Assembly (NCBI GenBank): GCA_032127745.1
Contig: JAQBHL010000041.1
Coordinates: 10,230 to 74,229, forward strand
DNA: 64,000 bases
Reading direction: 5' to 3'
Source of the DNA: Acidobacteriota bacterium
Lineage (GTDB): Bacteria; Acidobacteriota; Vicinamibacteria; Fen-336; JAGNNV01
Below the pieces are notes generated by a model. The model was given only the letters and a program-made list of their open reading frames with translations. It ran no database searches and had not been told where the DNA came from. Shown in pieces: positions 1 to 8,556 of the stretch; the stretch's first letter is position 1, and every line of letters starts with the position of its first letter. The position numbers and the translations under genes were made by a program.

Positions 1-1443
1 GTCGTGGGCGGCCAGTCGATTGAAGCCGAGACTCTGTAGAAAGGCGGGATCGGCAAGCTTTTCCGCCTTGACGTTCCCATCTCCCCCCGCCCATGCGGAG
101 AGGGATGGCCGGAGAGCCAGGGCGTAGACCGCGATCAGGCCAAGAATCACGATGGCGGCGACGCGCAGGGTCGCGGCATGACGGCGAAGCACGGTCATCA
201 ACCTGGGTCCGTTTCGCCAGACCAGGAAGGCCAGGATGGAGGAGGCGATGACCGCGAACAGCCAGAACGAGAGGGAATGATTCCAGTAGCGGCGGGTGAG
301 GATCTGGTGCGCGTATCTCTTGCTGAAGAAGAGGGCGTGGACGGCGGAGTGAGCGAGAAGAATGGCGAAGGGAAGGACCACGCTCGCCACTCGCGACCGC
401 CACTTCCCCTCCCGGATCAGAACCTGGACCGCCACCCAGGAGGCCAGGGGGAAAAGAAGCAGAATGCTGTCGATTCGAACCAGAAGGGTGAGTCCAAAGA
501 GCGCCCCGGCCAGCCACCCAAAGGCCCGGGTGTCGCTCTCCTGATCGAGATGGTGGGCCAGCAGTCCCCCCAGAATCAGGAATTGAGAGAACCCTTCGGA
601 GACGGGATAGCGAGCGAACCAGACTTCAAGCACGGTGGTGGCGAGGCCGAGGGCGCCGATCAGGGCCACCGCGGTGCCGAACATCCGGCGAGCCAGAAAG
701 AAGGCGGCGAGCGTCCCCAGAATTCCAAAAATGGGCGGGGTGGCGAGGGCGCCGCGCACCCCCATGGTTTCGAAGAGATAGGCCCCGAAGGCTGGAAAGA
801 GGTGGAAGAACTGGGGTGTGATCAGTCCGCTCTTCGGGTGATCGAGCTCGAACCCCATGAAGCGGGGCCACGACGGCTGGCGCTTTTCTTCATTGACGTC
901 GAAGGTGAAGCGAAACGGCGGCTGGTCCAGATTGGCGTAGAAGAGTCCCAGATCTTCGGCCGGAATGGAGGCCACCACCGGATCGAGGTGGGTGATGGCG
1001 CCGGTGCGCGCAATGACCCCCATGGCCGAGACATAGGCTCCGGGATCGCGACCGCCGACGATGTACTCGCTGGGCCTCGCCTGCAGCACGAAAGCCACCA
1101 GGAGAACGGCCAGGGTGGGGGCAAGACTCCGCAGGCTCGAAGGCCGGTTAATGGGGGCGGCCAGCCTGGTCCCGCGCCAGCGGGCGAACATGACCACGAC
1201 CGCGCACACGACGAACTCCGTCACCGCGGCTCGAACCGTCCCGAACCTCCCCAGCTCCGCGAGCAGAAGCGCCACCCATGCGGAAGCGCCCACGGATACA
1301 GCGCCGATCAGGAACAGCCGTTCATCGAGGCCCAGCCGGTCGCGCGCGGACGCGCGCAGGAGAGAAAGAAAAGTGAGTCCGGGAAGCAGCAGGAGAACGA
1401 AGGCTGCGGGTATGGCGTAGGCGGCTCCGAGGGTCTGTGGCAA
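1..1443 (-). CDS. GT-C fold membrane glycosyltransferase, ArnT/PMT (GT39/GT83)-like; partial, 3' end beyond window edge
   Basis: The minus frame codon-aligned to the listed + ORF 178..1458 is open across the whole region and translates to a polytopic hydrophobic protein (..LPQTLGAAYAIPAAFVLLLLPGLTFLSLLRASARDRLGLDERLFLIGAVSV.., ..PIFGILGTLAAFFLARRMFG..). It has a DE-containing first periplasmic loop typical of ArnT/PMT enzymes. It is missing from the ORF track because it runs off position 1. The first canonical start is TTG at 1443; an in-frame stop lies at 1474-1476. Confidence 0.55.
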   Translation of the reverse strand, partial: MPQTLGAAYAIPAAFVLLLLPGLTFLSLLRASARDRLGLDERLFLIGAVSVGASAWVALLLAELGRFGTVRAAVTEFVVCAVVVMFARWRGTRLAAPINRPSSLRSLAPTLAVLLVAFVLQARPSEYIVGGRDPGAYVSAMGVIARTGAITHLDPVVASIPAEDLGLFYANLDQPPFRFTFDVNEEKRQPSWPRFMGFELDHPKSGLITPQFFHLFPAFGAYLFETMGVRGALATPPIFGILGTLAAFFLARRMFGTAVALIGALGLATTVLEVWFARYPVSEGFSQFLILGGLLAHHLDQESDTRAFGWLAGALFGLTLLVRIDSILLLFPLASWVAVQVLIREGKWRSRVASVVLPFAILLAHSAVHALFFSKRYAHQILTRRYWNHSLSFWLFAVIASSILAFLVWRNGPRLMTVLRRHAATLRVAAIVILGLIAVYALALRPSLSAWAGGDGNVKAEKLADPAFLQSLGFNRLAAHD

Positions 1444-1484
1444 GCGATGGATTCTTGAACGGACCCTGGAACTTCAGGTCCTGA

Positions 1485-2600
1485 CTAGGCGCCGACGGCT
1501 TCCTTGACCGCCGCGATCACGACTCCGACCTGCTCGTCCGTGAGTTCGGGGTAGACCGGCAGAGAAACGATTTCATCCGCCGCCTTCTCCACCATCGGCC
1601 GATCTCCGGGCTTCCCGCCCAGCGAGGCATACGCGCGTTGAAGGTGGAGGGCTATGGGATAGTGAACGAGCGTGCCCACGCCGCGCTCGGCGAGCGCGGC
1701 CATGAAAGTCGCGCGGCGTGGATGTCGCACCACGAAGAGGTGATACACCGCCGTTGCGTAGCTTTGTTCCTCGGGAAGGCCGAGGGAGAGTCCCCGGAAG
1801 GCTTCGAAATACCGCTCGGCAATCTCCCGCCGGCGCGAAGTCTCCGCTCCAAGGGTCTCCAGAAGCTCGCGCAGAATCGCGGCCTGCATCTCGTCGAGCC
1901 GGGAGTTGATCCCGATGATCTCGTGCATATACCGCTCGCTCTGACCGCCGTTGCGCAGTTTGCGAAGCTGGCGCGCGAGGTCGGGATCGTCGACCAGAAT
2001 CGCTCCGCCGTCGCCGAACCCGCCCAGATTCTTGGTGGGATAGAAGGAGAGCGCTCCGATTCCGGCGAGGCTGCCCACCGGGCGGCCTTGGTAGCGCGCT
2101 CCGTGGGCCTGGCAGGCGTCCTCCACGACCTGAAGCTTGTGTTCGCGCGCGATGGCCATGATCGGATCGAGATCCGCGGGATGGCCGTACAGATGCACGG
2201 GCAGAATGGCCCTGGTCCGGGGCGTGATCCGGGCCTCGATGGTGGCGGGGTCGAGATTCATGGTCGAAGGATCGATATCGCCGAACACCGGGGTGGCGCC
2301 CAGACGCGAGATGGCCAGGGCGGAGAACGCGGCCGACATCGGCGAGGTGATGACCTCGTCTCCCACGCCGACGCCGCGGGCTTCAAGGGCAAGGGTGATG
2401 GCATCGGTACCGTTGGCCACCGCGACCGCGTCCTTCATGCCCATGGCGGAGGCGAGTTCCCGCTCAAAGGCCTCGACCTCGGGGCCCAGGATGAAATAGC
2501 CGCGGTCGAGGACGCGCGCGATGGCCCGGTCGATGGAGGCGCGGTGGGCCGCGACCTTCGGTTTCAGATCGTTGAAAGGGACGGCCAGGGGGGCGGTCAC
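1485..2600 (-). CDS. DegT/DnrJ/EryC1/ArnB-family PLP-dependent sugar aminotransferase
   Basis: The C-terminal 372 aa of the listed 675-aa ORF: ..DAITLALEA..SFYPTKNLGGFGDGGAILVDD.. (PLP lysine motif). A GTG start at 2600-2598 overlaps the TGA stop of the upstream epimerase (GTGA); the listed N-terminal 300 aa is an overlap artefact. Confidence 0.9.
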   Translation of the reverse strand: MTAPLAVPFNDLKPKVAAHRASIDRAIARVLDRGYFILGPEVEAFERELASAMGMKDAVAVANGTDAITLALEARGVGVGDEVITSPMSAAFSALAISRLGATPVFGDIDPSTMNLDPATIEARITPRTRAILPVHLYGHPADLDPIMAIAREHKLQVVEDACQAHGARYQGRPVGSLAGIGALSFYPTKNLGGFGDGGAILVDDPDLARQLRKLRNGGQSERYMHEIIGINSRLDEMQAAILRELLETLGAETSRRREIAERYFEAFRGLSLGLPEEQSYATAVYHLFVVRHPRRATFMAALAERGVGTLVHYPIALHLQRAYASLGGKPGDRPMVEKAADEIVSLPVYPELTDEQVGVVIAAVKEAVGA

Positions 2601-3589
2601 AAATAGTGTTCCTTGTGGGCCCGGTAATACTCGATGGTTTTGGCCAGGCCATCGACAAAGGGCGTGGTCGACTTCCAGCCCAGGGCGGCTTCGATCTTGC
2701 GGGCGTCCGAATAGAAATCCCCGATGTCGATTCTCTTCCGTTCCTCGGGAAAAGGGACGACCAGGACCTCGCTCTTTCCGGACAGACGCGCGAGGTCCTG
2801 GGCGAGATCGAGCAGAGAGATCGGCGGCCCGCCCCCCAGATTGAAGACCTGCCCGTTCGAGGCCTCGCTCGCGCCCGCCCGCAGGAAGGCGTCGACCACA
2901 TCGTCCACGTAATCGAAATCGCGCCGCTGCGCGCCGTCGCCGAAAACCTCGATGGTCTCTCCGAGCACCGCCTTCTTCATGAACCAGCCAATGAAGCCCT
3001 GCCGGTTGTGCCGGATGAGCTGCCGCGGGCCGTAGGTGTTGGTGAGACGCAAGGAACAGGCGCGGATTTTGTAGACCTGGTGATAGACGAGATGGTAGAA
3101 CTCGCCCGAAATCTTGTTGATGCCGTTCACATCGGCGGGGGCGAGGGGGTGGCTCTCGTCCACGGGAAGGCGCTGGGGCCGGCCGTAGATCTGGCGGGTT
3201 CCCGCGTAGACGATCTTCGCCTCCGGGTTCCGCTTGCGCAGCGCTTCCAGAATCCACAACTGCGACCGGCAGTTGATCTCGAGATCGGTGAACGGATCGG
3301 TCATGGAATCGATGTGCGAGACCTGGCCGGCCAGATTGAAAACCACGTCCTGGCCCTGGACCAGATACTCCATGGCATGGCCGCGCACGTCGGCGACGTT
3401 GATCCGGACCTTGTCCGCGTATCCGTCCAGATTGAAGAGATTCCCCCCGTAGTCGGGAAGAAGCGAATCGACCGCGGTGACCCGGGCCCCGAGGTCGGCC
3501 AGCCGCCGGCACAGGTTCGACCCGATGAAGCCCAGACCTCCAGTGACGAGGACGGCCCGATTCCGATAAGCGTCGAGATGCCCGGGCAC
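2597..3589 (-). CDS. NAD-dependent epimerase/dehydratase (extended SDR, UDP-sugar decarboxylase/epimerase-like)
   Basis: Rossmann motif VLVTGGLGFIGSNL, extended-SDR layout, conserved ..NTYGPRQ... The catalytic Y-x-x-x-K position reads N-G-I-N-K (see findings). Confidence 0.9.
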   Translation of the reverse strand: MPGHLDAYRNRAVLVTGGLGFIGSNLCRRLADLGARVTAVDSLLPDYGGNLFNLDGYADKVRINVADVRGHAMEYLVQGQDVVFNLAGQVSHIDSMTDPFTDLEINCRSQLWILEALRKRNPEAKIVYAGTRQIYGRPQRLPVDESHPLAPADVNGINKISGEFYHLVYHQVYKIRACSLRLTNTYGPRQLIRHNRQGFIGWFMKKAVLGETIEVFGDGAQRRDFDYVDDVVDAFLRAGASEASNGQVFNLGGGPPISLLDLAQDLARLSGKSEVLVVPFPEERKRIDIGDFYSDARKIEAALGWKSTTPFVDGLAKTIEYYRAHKEHYL

Positions 3590-3590
3590 C

Positions 3591-4322
3591 TCAGGCCCCC
3601 GCCTTCAGGTGGCTCTTGGTGATGGTGAGTTCCACCCACAGATCGACGAGGTCGCGCAGGGTTCGAAAGACCCGGGGGAAGTTGAAGAACTGACTCTTCC
3701 CGTACGTCCGATGGTAGTGATGTACCGGGACTTCCGTGATCTTGAACTTGTAGTCGTGGACCTTCTTCATCAGCTCCACGCAGATGACGCCGGAGGAGCG
3801 GTTCAGCTTTACTTTGTCGAAGATGCTTTTCCGCATCAGACGAAAGTCACAGTCCACGTCCCTCACCTTCAGGCCGAACGCCAGCCTCACGAAGTGGTGA
3901 TACACGCGCCCGATCCACTTCCGGTGAAGGGGGTCATTCCGGGAGATTTTGTACCCGTTCACGAAGTCGATGTCGGCGGAGTAGGCGTCGAGGAGAAGGG
4001 CGAACTCCCTGGGGTCGTACTGCGCGTCTCCATCGGTGTAGAGGACCAGTTCCTTGGAGGCGGTCTCAAACCCGGTTCGCAGGGCGCCGCCGTATCCTCG
4101 ATTCTCCTGGTGGTGAACCACTTTGAGCCAGGGGTTCACCCGGGCCATTTCGTCGAGGAGTTCGCCGGTGTGGTCCGGGCTGCCATCGTTGACCACGATG
4201 ATCTCGTAATCGTCCGAGTAACGCCGCACCGTCATATGGGCCAGAATCACGAGGCTCGCGATCGTTCCGGCGTCGTTGTAGGCGGGAAAGAAGACGGAAA
4301 CGGAGGGACGAGGCTTTTCCAT
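3591..4322 (-). CDS. Glycosyltransferase family 2 (soluble, about 244 aa)
   Basis: SVFFPAYNDAGTI..IVVNDGSPD..YTDGDAQYD is a GT-A fold with a DxD motif. The start is taken at Met6 (MEKPRPSVSVFF); the ORF stop is 1 nt from the epimerase start. Confidence 0.85.
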   Translation of the reverse strand: MEKPRPSVSVFFPAYNDAGTIASLVILAHMTVRRYSDDYEIIVVNDGSPDHTGELLDEMARVNPWLKVVHHQENRGYGGALRTGFETASKELVLYTDGDAQYDPREFALLLDAYSADIDFVNGYKISRNDPLHRKWIGRVYHHFVRLAFGLKVRDVDCDFRLMRKSIFDKVKLNRSSGVICVELMKKVHDYKFKITEVPVHHYHRTYGKSQFFNFPRVFRTLRDLVDLWVELTITKSHLKAGA

Positions 4323-4341
4323 CGGACTTGTCTGCAAACGT

Positions 4342-6717
4342 TTATTTTCCCTCTTCGCGACGGGTTTTGAGGAACGCGTTCACAATCTCCGGTTTCCTGA
4401 GGAGCAAGGCGATGGTGAGGAAGCCAAGAAAGGCGACGAACACACTGGGGACAAAGAGGCGTGGCGCGTACCGCAGATGAACCGGGGTTCTCTCCGGAGC
4501 CAGCACTCGAATCCGGCCGGACAGGTCCGAGAGAGGCGCGTCGGCGCGCCAGCCCGGCAAAAACGGAACGGCCACGTCGACGGTTTGCGCCGCCTCAGAG
4601 TGGAAAGTCAACCGCCCTCCCGGATCCGGCCCACGGTCGCGCTCCACCGGCATCGTTCCCGAGACCAGGGGCCTGGCGCCCATAACTCGGAACACCCGGA
4701 TCTGGGGTGTGGGCGCTATCTCCTGAAACGCCGGTTGGGAGAAATAGGCCGAGAGTCGGGATGCGTGAAGGTTGAATCCGTCCTGGGTTTCCACCCCGAG
4801 GTCGGTGAGCCGCATGAGTGGCGAAGGCTTCCCGGCTTCGGCCCGCGCCTTGATGATGATCGCGTCCGCGCGGTAGGAGGGTGACGACACCACCGCGGTC
4901 GCCGAAGTCGGCTGGAGGGTGCCGATCAGGATCTCGCGTTCGCCGTTGACCCGGGCAAGGACATCCAACGGCGCTTGAGGCATGGAGCCGAAGCTCAGGG
5001 TGATGTTCTTGAGCCTCAGAAACGGCAGGGCAAACACGCGCCTTGCCCCTGGTTCAAGCACCACCTCGAAACCCTCCTCGCCCGGCGCGCGAACCAGATC
5101 GGCGGTCTGCACCTGGATCGCGTCGATGGACCAGTCGCGAAGCAATTGGATGTCGGGAGTGAGCGAACGCTCGGTGAGGAAGCCGCGAGCCCCCATCTCC
5201 CCCAGCACCCGCCGCACCGATACCGGCGCCATGGGGTCGTACCCGTTCGCCTGAACTCTCGGAGCGAGCGCTCCATAGCCCGCGAACCCGAGATCCAGGG
5301 CCAATTCGGAGGGGAAGGAACGGACGAGGGTGAGAACCCGCGGCTCATGGCCCAATTCGGCCAGGGCGTGATCGACCGCGCGGCGGGTCGGAGTTCCGCC
5401 CACGAGCTGAGAGCGCGTTGGGGCATCCTTGAACACTTCGCGACTGGAGGGTTGGAGGGCGAAGGAGACCGCGAGCGGAAGGAGAAAGACTCCAGCTGCT
5501 ACGTCGCTTGCGGCATCGGCCAGCGCGAAGTAGGTGATCAACGCAATCGCATACACGCCCACCGCGGCGGCCAACCGTTCCGGAAGACCGCCGAGCGTCG
5601 CGGCGGCGATTGAAAGAACCCCCACGGAGGCCAGCGACGCCACCAGGAAGTAGGCCCGGAGTTGACGGCCTCTGCGTGTCTTCCTTTCCCGCCACTGTTC
5701 ATCGAGGGCCAGCCCCGCGAGGGCGGCGAGAGCAAACTCGAGAACCAGGGGCAAAGCGCCGGGAGCGAGGAGCGGTCCCCGGCCCACCTGAAGAGCCAGG
5801 GACGAGAGAACGGCAAGAAGGAGAACCCGCACCGGCAGGCGCTCGAGGAGAAGGGGCAGACTGGCCAGGGCAAGGCTCGCCGCCGGGGTGTGGGTCACGG
5901 TGTTCAGGATGAGTCCGGTCAGACCCGGGACGGACTCCGAGGCGCTCTCGGCGACAAGGCCCGTCACCTGTCGCCCGGCGGACGGGAGTAATTCCAGCGC
6001 GGGCAGCCACTGCGGCGCCGACAGGGCGAGTCCGATGAGGATGGCCAGCACGGTGGCGAAGCGCGACGGCGTGCGAGGGGAACGGCCCAGCGTGTGCCCC
6101 AGGAGGAGGCGGCCAAAGAGCAATGCGCCTCCCGCCCGCAGCGCCTCCGGTGAACCGGCAAAGACAAGAAGAGCGATGGACACCCCCAGGCCAATCAGGC
6201 GCGTAGAGGACGAGCGATTCATGTGGGATTCGGCAGCCAGCATGACCAGGGGCAGCATGGGCGCGGCCACCAGGGTGGCCGTGTCTTCGAAGTGGCTCAG
6301 CAGATAGGGGCCGTAGGCGAAGGACAAGGCACCCACGAAGGCTCCGGGAGCGCCCACGCCCAACCGCTTCAGGTACAAGAAGGTGAGGAAGCCGGCCAGG
6401 GAAAGCGAGATGACCACGAGGGCCTGAAAGGCGGAGAAGGGATCGAAGGGGGCGAGGAGAATGGTCAGGGGATAGAGAACTCCGCCCCTATAAGCGGCCA
6501 GGAGCGGGGTGCCCAGAAATTCCCTGGTGTTCAGGAAGGGCAGGGAAAGATCGCGATAGGCCCGGAAGGCCTCGGTGCGCAGGGGCAGGTGAAGAGCGAC
6601 CCCATCGCCGGGTCCAAGAAGCCGGTGCTCGAGAAGCGGCTCGAGGTATGCGAGGAGCGGAAAGACGGTGAGAACGACGAGGGCGAAGACGTCGGCTTTG
6701 AAGTAGGCCCGTCTCAA
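4342..6717 (-). CDS. YfhO-family polytopic membrane protein (GT-C-like glycosyltransferase family)
   Basis: The N-terminal region ..LPLRTEAFRAYRDLSLPFLNTREFLGTPLLAAYRGGVLYPLTILL.. matches the YfhO signature. Many TM helices are followed by a large C-terminal periplasmic domain. The first 110 codons of the listed ORF overlap the upstream GT2; TTG at 6717 overlaps that gene's TGA (TTGA). Confidence 0.8.
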   Translation of the reverse strand: MRRAYFKADVFALVVLTVFPLLAYLEPLLEHRLLGPGDGVALHLPLRTEAFRAYRDLSLPFLNTREFLGTPLLAAYRGGVLYPLTILLAPFDPFSAFQALVVISLSLAGFLTFLYLKRLGVGAPGAFVGALSFAYGPYLLSHFEDTATLVAAPMLPLVMLAAESHMNRSSSTRLIGLGVSIALLVFAGSPEALRAGGALLFGRLLLGHTLGRSPRTPSRFATVLAILIGLALSAPQWLPALELLPSAGRQVTGLVAESASESVPGLTGLILNTVTHTPAASLALASLPLLLERLPVRVLLLAVLSSLALQVGRGPLLAPGALPLVLEFALAALAGLALDEQWRERKTRRGRQLRAYFLVASLASVGVLSIAAATLGGLPERLAAAVGVYAIALITYFALADAASDVAAGVFLLPLAVSFALQPSSREVFKDAPTRSQLVGGTPTRRAVDHALAELGHEPRVLTLVRSFPSELALDLGFAGYGALAPRVQANGYDPMAPVSVRRVLGEMGARGFLTERSLTPDIQLLRDWSIDAIQVQTADLVRAPGEEGFEVVLEPGARRVFALPFLRLKNITLSFGSMPQAPLDVLARVNGEREILIGTLQPTSATAVVSSPSYRADAIIIKARAEAGKPSPLMRLTDLGVETQDGFNLHASRLSAYFSQPAFQEIAPTPQIRVFRVMGARPLVSGTMPVERDRGPDPGGRLTFHSEAAQTVDVAVPFLPGWRADAPLSDLSGRIRVLAPERTPVHLRYAPRLFVPSVFVAFLGFLTIALLLRKPEIVNAFLKTRREEGK

Positions 6718-7562
6718 CGCCTGTCCTGCATGGACGCGATCTGCTCGGAGATGAGCCCAAACAGGAACACCACCACCCCGAGCTGGATCAAAAGGGCCGA
6801 ACCCATGGGAATCTTGCCGAACTTCATTATGTTCCAGGCTCCGTAGGCGACCCCGGTCGAAAGCGCGGCCGCGGCGATGGGGGCGAAGACGCGGAGCGGT
6901 GCGTAGAGGGTCACGATCTTGAAGATGATCAGGATGAACAAGAATCCATCCCGGAGCGGCCGGATCTTCGAGGTACCTAACCGCGGGCGCGCGGTGATGG
7001 GCACGAAGAGGACGCTTTGCCCTGATTTCATGAGGGCGAGGCACGATGTGGTGGGGTACGAGAACCCGTTGGGGAGCAGGTGAAGAACGTCGAGAAGGGC
7101 CTGGCGCCGAACCGCGCGATAACCGGAGGTGAGATCGGGGATGGGCCGGCCGGTGAGCCAGGAGGCGAGAGCCCGGAAGATGGCGTTGCCGGCCGCGCGC
7201 AGGGTCGACTGGTCCCGGAGCGAGCGGGCGCCAATCACCATGTCGTACGGGCCGATCGGGCCCACGAGCTTGAAGGCCTCGGCGGGGTCGTGCTGGGTGT
7301 CGGCGTCAATGAGAAGTACCACCTTCGATGAGGCTTCACGGATGCCGGTCTTGACCGCGGCGCCATTTCCCTGGTTATAGGGATGACGCACGACGCGCGC
7401 GCCCGCTCCCTCCGCCCGGGCCGCGGTCTGGTCGGTGGAGCCATCGTCGATGACCAGGATTTCCGCGAATCCCTGCGTCTTCAGGCCCTCCACGGTGGCA
7501 ACGATCCCCTCCCCTTCGTTGAAAGCGGGAATGACCACCGTGGTGTCGCGAGCCTCAGCCAC
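6714..7562 (-). CDS. GT2 polyprenol-phosphate glycosyltransferase (GtrB/ArnC/DPM1-like) with C-terminal TM helices
   Basis: TTVVIPAFNEGEGI..LVIDDGSTD..LLIDADTQHD..SGYRAV plus a C-terminal hydrophobic pair. A GTG start at 7562 overlaps the upstream stop (GTGGCTGA). Confidence 0.8.
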   Translation of the reverse strand: MAEARDTTVVIPAFNEGEGIVATVEGLKTQGFAEILVIDDGSTDQTAARAEGAGARVVRHPYNQGNGAAVKTGIREASSKVVLLIDADTQHDPAEAFKLVGPIGPYDMVIGARSLRDQSTLRAAGNAIFRALASWLTGRPIPDLTSGYRAVRRQALLDVLHLLPNGFSYPTTSCLALMKSGQSVLFVPITARPRLGTSKIRPLRDGFLFILIIFKIVTLYAPLRVFAPIAAAALSTGVAYGAWNIMKFGKIPMGSALLIQLGVVVFLFGLISEQIASMQDRR

Positions 7563-8511
7563 GGGGCTCCCCGCCGCTCGACAACTCCGCCTTTCGAACC
7601 CGGTAGAGAACATCCTCGATCAGCTTGCGATTGCTCGCGATCAGATCGGCCATGAGACCCCACTGCAAGGTCTGGAAGCCCAGAATGAGGAGGAGGACGG
7701 AGAGAATCGCCGATTGCACGTGACCGCGGATGTCCCCCTGCCACCAGAAATAGGCATAGCGAAGTCCCAGGGCGGCGCCGGCGGAGGAGAGAAGGCCGCC
7801 CAGGACCATGAAGACCTTGAACGGTTCGTACATGGCGTAGATGCGCAGGATGGTGGCCACGGACCTCTTCACGTATTCGAAGGTGGACCCGAACAATCGT
7901 GAGGGACGGGTCTGGCGGGCTTCTATGGGCAGGTGGGCGATGGCGAGCCGCTTCTTTCCTGCCTGGATGATCGATTCCAGGGTGTAGGTGAACTCGCTGA
8001 CGATGTTGATCCTTAAGGCGGCCTCGCGAGAGAACGCGCGGAAGCCTGAGGTGGTGTCGGGGACATCGGTCCCGGACACTTTCCTCACCACCCAGCTCCC
8101 GAGCATCTGGAGCCGCTGCTTCATCCAGGAGAAGTGCGCGACTTCGGAGACCTGCCGGTCGCCGATGGTCATGTCGGCCTCACCCCGCAGGATGGGGCCG
8201 ATCAGGCGGGGGATGTCCTCGGCGGGGTACTGGTTGTCGGCGTCGGTATTGACGATGATGTCGGCGCCCAGCTTGAGGCTGGCGTCGAGACCGGCCATGA
8301 AACCGCTGGCCAGGCCCTTGTGTCTGGTGAAGCGAAGAACGTGGTCGGCGCCGTGGGCAAGAGCCACCTCCCGGGTTCGATCCTTCGATCCGTCATCGAT
8401 CACCAGGACCACGACTTCGTCGATGCCCTCGATGGTCCTCGGGATCACGCGGAGGGCGGCGGGGAGAGTTTCCTCTTCGTTCAGGCAGGGGATCTGGACC
8501 ACGAGCTTCAT
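7555..8511 (-). CDS. GT2 polyprenol-phosphate glycosyltransferase (GtrB/ArnC/DPM1-like) with C-terminal TM helices
   Basis: MKLVVQIPCLNEEETL..LVIDDGSKDRT..NTDADNQYP..TSGFRAF plus two C-terminal TM helices. The start is taken at Met8. Confidence 0.85.
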   Translation of the reverse strand: MKLVVQIPCLNEEETLPAALRVIPRTIEGIDEVVVLVIDDGSKDRTREVALAHGADHVLRFTRHKGLASGFMAGLDASLKLGADIIVNTDADNQYPAEDIPRLIGPILRGEADMTIGDRQVSEVAHFSWMKQRLQMLGSWVVRKVSGTDVPDTTSGFRAFSREAALRINIVSEFTYTLESIIQAGKKRLAIAHLPIEARQTRPSRLFGSTFEYVKRSVATILRIYAMYEPFKVFMVLGGLLSSAGAALGLRYAYFWWQGDIRGHVQSAILSVLLLILGFQTLQWGLMADLIASNRKLIEDVLYRVRKAELSSGGEPRG

Positions 8512-8556
8512 GCGAAGGGAAGAAGGTAGCACAAGGCGCTTCCAATCGTCCCCTGC

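Noticed and set aside
178-1458. Listed 426-aa + strand ORF (Gly/Glu/His/Gln-rich)
   Set aside because: Its composition is the mirror image of a hydrophobic membrane protein (GGC/CAG/GAA/CAC codons are the antisense of Ala/Leu/Phe/Val). The codon-aligned minus frame is open and encodes a convincing ArnT/PMT-like membrane protein, so the + ORF is an antisense artefact.
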